64,000 nt of DNA from Tubiluchus corallicola. Its lineage: Eukaryota > Animalia > Priapulida. Position 1 is the first letter of the stretch, and each line of letters opens with the position of its first letter. Where the stretch lies: NCBI GenBank assembly GCA_030141605.1, contig JAQGDQ010000020.1, positions 558,001-622,000 of the forward strand, in the 5' to 3' direction. The position numbers and the translations under genes were made by a program. Of this stretch, positions 24,091-36,000 are shown piece after piece. Below the pieces are notes generated by a model that saw nothing but the letters and a program-made list of their open reading frames with translations, ran no database searches and was not told the DNA's origin.

Positions 24091-24619
24091 TGCTGATTAA
24101 AAAATACCATCTAGCTATCATAAGCAGAGCTTCAGTGTGAACTTGGTAAGTTTTGTATCCATGATTTTGTACTGAATGAGAGCATGAATATCAGAATTAA
24201 AATTTTTAAATACAGTTTATGAAGTTAGCACCAGTACTCATATATCCTGGGCTGTCACTAATGTTGGATGCTATAATTTTTTCTGTAACTGACAGTAACA
24301 AAAGCAACAGTGCAAAGTAATAATTGACCAACACATTTGGTTGCATAAATTAAAAAAAAGTTTTCTGCAACAGTAAATTAACTTCAACTTTGCTTCCCAA
24401 GTCTCCATCTTGTAGTTTTCCGTTTAGACAAACGATATTTCTATAAAATTTATTTTGGAACTAAACCATTCTTGATTAATTATTCCTGCTTTCCAAAGTT
24501 TCTGCTGTTGTAAAAATATGCGGTGCTTTGAAAGTTCTTGGTTACATGTATATTAAGTTTTGTGGTAATTATTGAAAAACTTGAGGTTGAATGCTACAAG
24601 AATGAAGTACTTATTGCGT

Positions 24620-24888
24620 TTGGAAATGATCCAGATTCGAAACAGGGTGTACACAGTAGTATAAACCACGAGCAGACTAAACCCTCCTTACAAGAATGAT
24701 AACAGCATTCTTACCGAACATTACAGGATAATCATTTCAAGATTCAGAATTGCCACTACATACGAATTGAGACTGGCAGGTGGAGCAGGATGAAACAGGA
24801 AAATGGAATATGTCAATTTTGTGATTTCAATGTTATTCAGGCCCTTACTCATGCGGTCTTAGAATGTCCCGAAACTAAATAAGCTGAA
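24620..24888 (+). mobile_element. 3' fragment of a non-LTR retrotransposon ORF2 (RTE-X-like C-terminus)
   Basis: Frameshifted translation YRIIISRFRI / HYIRIETGRWSRMKQENGICQFCDFNVIQALTHAVLECP matches the LINE C-terminal pattern R..I.RFR..SH.L.IETGRW...C..C...H....CP. Confidence 0.75.
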
Positions 24889-25668
24889 TGTCAATTTTGT
24901 GATTTGAACGTTGTTCAAACGCTTACTCATGCGATCTTAAAATGTCCCGAAACTAAATATGCTGAATGTCAATTTTGTGATTTGAACGTTGTTCAAACGT
25001 TTACTCATGCGGTCTTAAAATGTCCCGAAACAAAATATGCTGAATGTCAATTTTGTGATTTGAATGTTGTTCAAACGCTTACTCATGCGATCTTAAAATG
25101 TCCCGAAACTAAATATGCTGAATGTCAATTTTGTGATTTGAATGTTATTCAGGCCCTTACTCATGCGGTCTTAGAATGTCCCGAAACTAAATATGCTGAA
25201 TGTCAATTTTGTGATTTGAACGTTGTTCAAACGCTTACTCATGCGATCTTAAAATGTCCCGAAACTAAATATGCTGAATGTCAATTTTGTGATTTGAACG
25301 TTGTTCAAACGTTTACTCATGCGGTCTTAAAATGTCCCGAAACAAAATATGCTGAATGTCAATTTTGTGATTTGAATGTTGTTCAAACGCTTACTCATGC
25401 GATCTTAAAATGTCCCGAAACTAAATATGCTGAATGTCAATTTTGTGATTTGAATGTTATTCAGGCCCTTACTCATGCGGTCTTAGAATGTCCCGAAACT
25501 AAATATGCTGAATGTCAATTTTGTGATTTGAACGTTGTTCAAACGCTTACTCATGCGATCTTAAAATGTCCCGAAACTAAATATGCTGAATGTCAATTTT
25601 GTGATTTGAATGTTGTTCAGACTTACTCATGCGGTCTTAAAATGTCCCGAAACTAAATATGCTGACTA
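24811..25668 (+). repeat. 78-bp tandem repeat x11 encoding CQFCDLNVVQTLTHAILKCPETKYAE (CCHC zinc-knuckle satellite)
   Basis: Units start at 24811 + n x 78 (25201 and 25591 checked). Variants run ABCD-ABCD-AB plus a final unit with a 2-nt deletion. Confidence 0.95.
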
Positions 25669-26329
25669 TGTCGAACATATCAACTGTTTTATGACACAAT
25701 TTACTGTAAACAAAGTCAAATATACGCATAAATTTGAAAAACTTTGTGGAAATGATCTTTAATTACTTCAGTTCACTTCAGTTTCATGGCAGTAGACCTA
25801 GTAGTTTTTTGGTAAGCGAAGTATTTAGCACTATTGTAGCAGTTTACCAATAAGACTTACATGTCATCTTCAGGGCCGGTTTTAAGCCAATTTGACAGAT
25901 TTCTTCAAATTGGACCTCGCGCCAAGAGGGGCCCCGCTTTCAACACTCTCTGGTCGAGGACTCTGTGATGAATTAATGAACGTCTGGTGTGTTTGAAGTA
26001 TCTTGATGTTGTGAACGCAGTGCAAATCTTCAGTCTGTTCCCGTATATCTGCGTTTCAATGTTTTTTATTGATCGTTTCTTTATTAATTATGTCAGTAAT
26101 TATCTTGACTTGTAATAAAACATTAAATATTTCATACAGGTTTTCAACTTCTAGTACATATCATTTTTTCTAATGTGGAGCCTCAAGCCCTCAACGTTTT
26201 TTGGCTGGGACTGGCGTGCTACACGGTGCGCATAAAACATCATCAATCTTCAGCTTTTGTAGGGTAGAGGGCACCACTAACAGTTTTCTAGTTAGGTCCC
26301 GCATTTCCTAACACCTACCCTTCAACTCT

Positions 26330-26999
26330 AGTTAAACTAAACTCTCTACAACGTAAATTTATAAGATTGATTTATAAGAATTATTCTATCCTAGTGCTAA
26401 ATGATCTAATAAACCTGAATACCGCTGTTTACATCTACATAACCAAACATAAACTTCTCCCTGCTTTCTTTTTAAACCTATTAGCTATTAACGTAAGACA
26501 TTACTCAACAAGATTTAGCGAATTTCGTATTAAGTATTGCAGGACTGATGCGGCAAGGCACTTCATCGCTAACACTGACCCTAGACTTATTGTTTATCTA
26601 TAAATAACTTCAAAAGAAATTTCAAAAGTGAAATCTTTTCTAATTATACAGAATAAATCAATTTGATTAATTACACTGCTGTCCCTGTCGGAATCCATTG
26701 TGTTGCTATGTCAATTTTTACATTTCTATAGTTCATGTTACTTCATACAGATACCATCACACCTTTCTTCTTCTTTCTATTCTCTATTAACCTTTCCTTC
26801 TACTCCTTTAGTGCTCTTTTCTATTACACTCAGTCCACATTCATTTGGGGTACTCCAAACAAGTAATTACTTCTTGAGTACCCCACGAGTAATTTGCGGC
26901 TTGGCATCTTGTGCACATAATAATAAATATATTATTAAATACTTTTATGTACAATGCTGTAATAATCATTGTGGATATATTAAATAAATAAATAAAAAA
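26330..26999 (+). mobile_element. Degenerate 3' end of a CR1/L2-group LINE with A-rich tail
   Basis: ILVLNDLINLNTAVYIY..KHKLLPAFF...HYSTR...YCRT......PRL resembles the post-RT C-terminus of CR1/L2-group elements. Ends in AATAAATAAATAAAAAA at ~26983-26999. Confidence 0.6.
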
Positions 27000-28182
27000 C
27001 ACTGACCCTGGCCATGTGTTTTAACTACACTGAGATAGAGAAGAAACCTCGAACACATACTCTGTGATAAGGGAACTTGAAAAAATGTGCAGGTATAAAA
27101 ACTATTGTCAAACCGAATAGAGAGCATATTGTATTTTGGTTTGTTACTTCTTGTATGTTGGCAACTTGGGAATTGATTTAAGCTATTTACATTTGAACAG
27201 AATCACTGGTTCACATCCAGAGGGCAAACCCAGAAGACACGCCCAGAGGACGCACGCAGAGGACAAGCCCAGAAGACACGTCCATGCAGAAGGACGGGGT
27301 CGAATCTACATGGTTGATAAAAGAATTGGCTGCAATTGGATCACGAAAGTTTTGTCAAGTGACAGTGGGCACAGGATGATTGCATATTTGGTCATACATG
27401 TATCAGTTATTAATTAACAGCTTCCGCCATCAGTAATTTTGTGTAGCGAATTATTTCATTTTTTAAAGGCACAAGTTTTTTTAGTTTTTAAATGCATAAG
27501 TTTTTTTTTAGAAAAGTCGCAGACTGGTGTTAGTCAGTAGTGCTTGATTTACTGTCATGCCTTGTTTAGACTGTGCCATATAAGAGAGGCCCTGCATGGG
27601 AAAACGAAATTTATTTTTCATTTGCCTTCCTCGCACCACAGAGGTGTCTGAAAAAACAGATATGACGTCACCGGCGGCCAGGGCATGACAGGAGTGCAGA
27701 CAACAACATCATTTCCTGCAAAATTGACAGATTAGTTCTTTCGTTTTAGCATAAATAAAAGCAGCAAGTGTATTATTTTTCCACGTCTCAACATTTTTCA
27801 CTAGCTAATCGTTACAATGTTGAATCAAAAAGAGTTTGTACCAAACTGGAGCTCTCTTATATCCAGATCTTATATCTCTTATTTCCCAGTCTAAGGACAC
27901 ACATGTCAAAATACTTAGCTTGGAAAAAGAAGTAAATTAAAAACCACTGACTAGCAACTGACTCTCACTTTTTTTAAAAATAGAACTTTACACGTTTTAG
28001 GTGGAAAATGTACTATAAAAATATAAGATTATGAATTAACTAAAAAAACAAGATTAGGATTGCTGATTAAAGAAAAATAAAATTATTAAAATGAATGATA
28101 CATAGTTTGACCAAATGTGCTCTGCTTCACCCACTGTAGCTACTAGCTTGAGGTACTAGTCGAAACACTCGGGATTCCAATA

Positions 28183-28547
28183 AGCCTTTTCACTTTTCCA
28201 GCGATTGATGATGATCGTGAAAAGTCACAGGTTGCCATACAAAGCATTTTTGTGTACTTCACAACGCCTCGCAGCCGTTGCTGTTGAAATAGTAATAGTT
28301 TTAAGCTTGCCTAATTTATTTTTGTTGTTCCCAAGCAAAATCTTGCTAGTAAATCACTCTATGCGCAGACTAATGCATAGTTAAGTAAAGTCCATGTAAA
28401 ACAACGGAAGTTACTTAACTAATCCAGCAGACGGCTTTGCTTTACCCCCACGTCTCGTGACGGTTGCAGTTAAGACGCGTTGCTGTGGTATATTTAACCT
28501 TTGACCTTCTCACGATCATCATCAATCGCTGGAGCTGTGGAAAGGCT
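28183..28547. mobile_element. MITE with ~55-bp imperfect TIRs
   Basis: AGCCTTTTCACTTTTCCAGCGATTGATGATGATCGTGA versus TCACGATCATCATCAATCGCTGGAGCTGTGGAAAGGCT. Confidence 0.75.
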
Positions 28548-28549
28548 CA

Positions 28550-28879
28550 TTCTTGAATTCAAAATTAGAACTAAGAGCAGGATTCTTTAGGAAAAAACTC
28601 ACATTCTTTAAGGAAAAAAACTCAAACAGAACAGGTATCGTAGATCATTGTCACAGAAGTTTCAGATGGAGATGCCGGGGAGTCTATAATTTGTTTTGTT
28701 GAGTAAGATTATCACTAAATTCCAAGCAAGGACTTAGAAGTTGTTTTTACATTTTAAAATTCACCAAATTAATGATTAAGAGCACTTTTTTTATGCAAAC
28801 ATTTGCAAGCTCTCTGCAGGAATTTCTGCATTATTTCTTAAAGAATCCTGCTCTTGGTTCAGATTTTGAATTCAAGAAG
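28550..28879. mobile_element. MITE with ~45-bp TIRs, abutting the previous one
   Basis: TTCTTGAATTCAAAATTAGAACTAAGAGCAGGATTCTTTA versus TAAAGAATCCTGCTCTTGGTTCAGATTTTGAATTCAAGAA. Confidence 0.75.
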
Positions 28880-29074
28880 AACTGGCTTCTGCTTCGAAAT
28901 TTCTTAAACTGTGGAATACTGTTTTATTTTATAACATTTTAAATTTTAAACACAAATTATAATTGCAAGTTTTTTGTGTCTCTTTCACGCTGAAATAAAT
29001 AGTAATTAATCAAAAGATCTGATGAATTTCTAGTGTTTTGACTAGTACCAAACTACAAGAGGGAGGAAGTAATT

Positions 29075-29480
29075 GTGAGTGAGAGAGTTTGAGGGAGAGC
29101 AAGTGAGGGAGAGAGGGGGAGGAGTCTGAAGGGGTGTGGGAGTGTGATTAGAGGGCGAGTGGGATGAGGATGTGGGAGGGGGCGTGGGTGTGGGAGGGGG
29201 CGTGGGTGTGGGTGTGGGGAGGGTGAGTGGTAGTGGGAAGGGGATGGAGTGGGTGTGGGGGGCGTGGGTGTGGGAGGGGGCGTGGGTGTGGGAGAGGGTG
29301 TGGGTGTGGGAGTGGGAAGGGGATGGAGTGGGGGTAGGGGGTGTAGGAGGGCGAGGGAGGGAGTGAGAGAGAGAAGGGGGAGAGGGAGTAGGAGGGCAAG
29401 TGAGCAAGTGTCAGAGAAAGTAAGGGAATGGGATTGGGTGCAGGAATGAGTGAGTGTGTGAGAGAGACAAGGATGAGAGG
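29075..29480. repeat. G-rich low-complexity tract (GGGTGT/GGGA), G-quadruplex-prone
   Basis: Many G3+ runs, e.g. GGGAGGGGGCGTGGGTGTGGG repeated. Confidence 0.8.
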
Positions 29481-30316
29481 GATGTGTTTAGCAGTAATGA
29501 AATGTATACTCTGCATCACTGCTGAATGCATCCCTGTCATCCTGTGTTGTTTTTACAGAAAAAAAGCAGCAGATCCGATGTACAGATGCTCTGCCTTCCA
29601 CAGTAACTGTTTCATGTCATTTTCATAGAAGATCTACCAAGTGCTATCGATTCTGCCAGAGAAAATGCAGCGGGACTTTTCGTTGTGAATGTTCTTTGCA
29701 TTAATATTCTTTGCAACCTTGTACTTTTTTTTTAGCTCTACCTAATCATTTTTACGCATTTTTTCACTGTACTCATTCATGATTGTGTAAATTTGTGTTG
29801 ATATTTCTGCATTCACATTTACCACAGTTATTATTACCACAATTTTTTCACATTTAATTAATACACATTGTTTATCCACTTTTTGCTCTAAATGTCTTGT
29901 GTTTTTTCATTTCTGATTTATATATTATTTCATTGATTCGTATTCTAAATTTCCAAATAAACTATTTTTTGTTAAACACATAGTTTTAGCTAAATGTATA
30001 ATTACACAATAAACAATTTTCAAGCAGTTTTCTAGAACAAACAGTTTGTAGGTCAAAGGTTAAGCAACAATCCACGCAAAATGAGGTACATAACTGTACT
30101 GCATTTGGTGTACATCTGCTTCAAACACAAACGTCCCAGGTCCGAGTCTTCGTATCAATTTAAATTTTGCTACTTGATTTGTATTCCTATATTTTCTGAA
30201 ATACGTATGGTATGCTTATCATAAATTTATAAGGGTAGGTACAGTAAGTACAAAGGATTACGTATTACAAAGATCTCAACACCACCACCACTTTCCTCAG
30301 CAAATTAGCTCTATCT

Positions 30317-30435
30317 TCAAACTTTTATTTCAAACTTTTTAATTCAAACTTTTTTTCAAACTTTTATTTGAAACTTTTTAATTTAAACTTTTATTTCAAA
30401 CTTTTATTTCAAACTTTTTATTTCAAACTTTTTTA
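30317..30435. repeat. 13-14-bp minisatellite (TTCAAACTTTTAT)~9
   Basis: Read directly from the sequence. Confidence 0.85.
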
Positions 30436-30661
30436 TGACAACCGGATGGTTCTGATTTAGAAAAATGAAATTAATAACTAGGCTTATAAATAAAAATTTT
30501 ATCAGCTACTAATTCTATAACAAAAACGGCAAAACAAATTTCACATAAACTTAAATTCAAGTTTTTTAATATTTATTTACTTTGATTGGATCAGAGAAAA
30601 TGTATTAGTTAATTGTACGTGCAACTGGGCTACTAAAAAAACTAAATAAAAGTTATATTAT

Positions 30662-31282
<621 letters not shown>

Positions 31283-31450
31283 ACTGCCAATATGGCTTTT
31301 CAACGATCTTTTTAGAGTATCACTTTATTTACATAAAAATTTGCTTAAAACTTGAATTCAGCTAACACTTATTTTTAACAATTTAAAATTAACAAATTAA
31401 CTGACTTGAGAAAAGAACTTTCCAATTGTTCTTCAAGATTAGATTCAGAT

Positions 31451-31467
31451 CTTACTTACTTACTTAC

Positions 31468-31530
<63 letters not shown>

Positions 31531-31556
31531 TACTTACTTACTTACTTGCTTACTTA

Positions 31557-31590
<34 letters not shown>

Positions 31591-31627
31591 TACTTACTTA
31601 CTTTCTTTCTTTCTTTTACTTACTTAC
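31451..31627. repeat. (CTTA)n/(CTTG)n tetranucleotide microsatellite
   Basis: Read directly from the sequence. Confidence 0.95.
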
Positions 31628-33077
31628 ATATCTAATTCCGCCTAACTTTCCTAGTCGCGCTTACTAGGGGGAGATAAGACGTCTAAATGAATTGGATATA
31701 GATATTTCCGCTGGCTTAAACCACACTTAAGACAGCGAAACAGTCGTGAGAGCAGTACATGAATTCGTGCCCAGATACTTAAATCAGTCAGATCGAATCA
31801 AATTTATTTTTATAAATATGTAAGCTTATAAAATACGTGATAATACATTAAAACCATAATGATTTGCACTATGTCATTTTTGTCAGTACATTGTTGATGA
31901 ATCCTCGCAGACTTGGTCAGGTCAGCAGATATTACAGTAGTTAAGCAGCCCAATCATATTGAATCATTTTTCCCTTTCCTTTACTAATGTAGGCGTGTAA
32001 CTCTTTTGCATTTGTTTTAATTGTTTTACATTTTTATGAATTTTGTTTACAAATAATTTTACTTGCTAACATGCAGCTGACATGGACTGTTCTCCTGATT
32101 TTTACCCTAGCTACTTGTTGGGAAACATCCACACAACGTTATTCTACCCATAATGTAGTCACAAATGAGTTTATAAATGAAGGAAATAATTAATATGCAC
32201 TTCCGCATTTGTAGGTATTGTAAAGAACAAAATAATAGAGCTTATATCTTGTAGACATGGCCACAAGTTTTGCACACAAAATTATTACCCACCAAGGCAA
32301 TTACTGTCGCAAACGACGAAGATGTTAAAGAACCTGTTGGTACGTCATCAAGAAATTGTTGCCTGGCTGCTCCTTTTAAATTAAAATCAACATTTTAACT
32401 CCGTTAGTTATCATTTTGAGAGAGGACTTACAAGTACATATGCCTGTACCCGCTCTGTATCTTATGGGGGGGGGGGCAACGGTTATCTTTGACATCTACT
32501 TGTTTCTTCATTATAATTTAACTTGCAAGCAACAAGTTGGCTCATTCTGGTGATATTATAAGAATTATTGTTAGGTCCAAAGTTTTTTCTGCATCATAAA
32601 TCTTTCTATACTTTCCCTGTTCAAACTTGTACGATAGTGCACGGGTAATATCCACATATTGGGGCCCTACATGAAGCTTAAAATATATACATGCATAGTG
32701 CCGCCAGTGACGAATAGGTCAATGTGAGTTCAATTCTGGCTTAACTGTTACATTTTAGTGCATGAAGGCTACAACTACTATTATTAAAGCTGGACGTTGG
32801 ATCTTACTAGTCTATGTTTATATCTAAAGTGCAAATGGCCTTGATTCATGTTTTAGCGCAAAAGTACAGCTTACTTTATCAATATAGTACCATGGCTATG
32901 GCAAATATTTGTTGGTATATGTGTGCAGCGATATCACAAACATATCTCAGTGTATAATATTTATTTAGTGGCTTAATGTCTCACTGTAATTCTGAAAACT
33001 GCTGTTATAAACATCAGTAGCAGCTAGCAAGTAAGAATAATTTTCAAACGTATGAAAAGAACAACAGTCAAGTAAAT

Positions 33078-36000
33078 ATGGAGGAAGCTCGTTCTTTGCC
33101 TGCACTTCATGTGTCTGGAAACTATTATTCAGTGGGATATGCTATTGTAAGTTACCTTTTTATATTAAGGTTATAGACTGTGTGTAGTGTTTTGTCACTA
33201 ATAAGATGCTGTGTAGTACATATTTGAATGCAGCAACTTCGAATTGGTTTTTCATTTTTAAGTCCCCTAACTTCCCGAGTTTGCAAGTCTGGGCACCTTG
33301 TGTCAGCCGTTGTCTGTCAACAATCTGAGTTTAAGCCAGTCAGGCCTGAATCACTAGGAGGTAGCCTTGAGATTTTTTGTGTGGAAACACTTTGGGGCAA
33401 AATAATGATCAATGTCAAAGGTCACCGCGAGAGTATATCAAGAGTAGGGATAAACAGGTCGAAATCTCAATAGCTGCACAGCAATTGGATGTTGCAGGTC
33501 AGCTCAGTGCAAGGAATTAAAATAAATTGCCACCTACTGACAACTCAACATCGACAAAAAATATTTATGCCCTCCCCAGGGAAGAGAGAGGGCAGATCCA
33601 AGATTCGAGCAATTGCAACTATAGTGTTATAAAGGTAGGTTTTAGCTGCACGTGCAGACAGTAGATGAACGACGACAACGTTTGGGAAATGGTGGGCAAT
33701 GACTCTGGAGTCAAAGGCCGGATAATGTGGCCGAATATTAGGCCAGTAATTGCTTGACAAAATTTGAAAGTGAAAAGCATCTGACCTTGTTTGACCTGGC
33801 GAAGTCCTATCAAATGAAAATTTGTGAATCAAATTTGCCAAAATGAATGACTTGTATATTGTGTAAATGTCAAAGATTTTCAAGGTATCAAGCACAAGAG
33901 TCTGGGAAGGTGGACTTACTGCATCATTGATACTCTGGGTAGCTTTTTCTTTATTCATTCTGTGAAATTATTATTTTAATTGTAAAAACATGTTTTTCTT
34001 GCAGGGAAAGACTTTCAGGCAGCAAATTCAGGAATATTTTGAAACTAACACTGACATAAAAGATGCCATAATCCCATTCTGTAATACAGATGAGGGAAAA
34101 AAGGTATACACTTATTTTATTTTTAAATTTTATGAAATTAGATGTGTCACTAAATTAAGTCTAAATCAGATACAGGTTTGTATTTTTGTGCATAATATAC
34201 AATTTAGCTTTTATGATTCATTTGATAATGGGGCTACAGTACATTTTGTTAACATTATTATTAATAATGTAAAAGGCCTTAGTACATAAGTTAGTTGAAC
34301 TATTGTTGTCATTGATATTTTGTCGGGTACATATTATAGTTGTGACATAAGAATAAACCTATAGTCTAGTTTTTGCAGTAAAATTCAAATTAATTTTTAG
34401 TTTTAACACTTCAAATGTCCAAAATCAAAGTCGCTGGCAACCGAAGGACTTGGTTGTCGGGACCCTATAGCTGTATACATCAATATTAATTAATGTAAGC
34501 AAATAAAAGGATTTGCAGTCATTCAATTTTTTTAAAAGCATAATGCATGAGTAAATTCCTCCCAGATACATTGAACAGATTTTCAAGTTTCCATAACTTT
34601 ATACTTCACAGATTTATGAAGAATTTTTGGTCACCACGCAAGACTCATTTCCTCAGTATGTGACAGAATTGCAAGGGATAGCAGACGGAAGCAGTTGTTC
34701 ATTTGAAAAAGTAATTATTCAAATGTGCATGTGTAAAAAATGGCGTGCATAGAAATACATAAATGGCACATTTGCACTCTCCAACAAGAAATCATAAAAT
34801 ACATGCATGGTTTTGAATGTATAGCCTTGATGCTGTGGCATCATTAATAATGGCATATAGCAATAGAATTTATTTTTTTTATTGCTGGCTTGCTGCAGGG
34901 ACTACCATAAATGCTCTCTTGACCACTCTTAGAAGTCGCTTGCGTATTTTTACTTTTACTTTTACTTTTACTATAATGCTTTGTCTTTGTGTACTTTTAT
35001 GTTGGAACTAGTAATCGTTTGCTACAGAATTTTAAATGTAATAGCGATAATTTTAGGCATGTAATAATGTGCCAAGCTTAGCTTTTGCCGAAACATATCT
35101 TGTATTTCAGAAGGACATGCATTCAGATTTACTAGAAAATCACTCATTAATAACGCTGTCAGGTATTTCCCAGATTTCCATTTTTTAGTTGTTTATGAAT
35201 ACCATATCACAAGAACTGATTGCTATGGGCATACTGGATTCTGACAGATTTCGCAAAACCTGCAGTGAAGTTGACAGAGGATCGATCGGTTGTACAGATA
35301 TTTTTTTGAATAATCCTGAAGAGGTATTTTTTATGTACAATCTCTCTGTGTTGGTGTTCCTTCATCATTCTAGTGGTACTTTGCTTTTGATATATTTGAT
35401 CTTGTGCACACATTATGTAATGAAGAGTTACATATGTGGCATAACACACCACACACAGATTTTTCTGAAAAAATGACCATTATTGTAAAACTTGTTAAGC
35501 AGATTCTTATCTGTTAAACAGACAATTTTTACAAGACGTACGACCGTGGATATTTTCTGAGAAAATTTTATTGCTTGTTGTAAGGAGCAAAGTGCTCAGT
35601 AACAGCTAGGTTGGTTTAATGTCTGTGATTATTTTAAAAATGAATATTACCATAAAGAGTTGCTTTGCTAAGTTGCTCTTTCATCTGTACTGATCAATGT
35701 ATGTTTGGAAGAGGAATCCGGAAAACATTCATAAACAGTGTTAAGAAGCATTATACACCACTGCTATTTTTCTCCACAATACGAGTTTTTATGTACACTG
35801 GTATTCATCGTATTTCCTGGAATTGCAAAAATATTTATGCTATGCATTTGTATAATATTGCAAGATAAATGCTTAGAAAAAGCTAGTACACATTTGTGTC
35901 TAATATATTAGAGTAGCCTTAATATATCGTTGTATCGTTATAAACTAATTTTGTTTGTATATCATTTTCTAGTTTGCACTTGGACATAATGAGGACTATT

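Noticed and set aside
24811-25668. CRISPR-like array
   Set aside because: Units are contiguous with no unique spacers, the context is eukaryotic, and a LINE origin explains it.
25871-27010. hAT-like MITE (CAGGGCCGG ... GACCCTG) enclosing the LINE fragment
   Set aside because: Only ~5-7 bp of terminal match and no 8-bp TSD visible; too weak to call.
29042-29540. Pro/His- or Gly/Val-rich ORFs
   Set aside because: Translations of a G-rich simple repeat.
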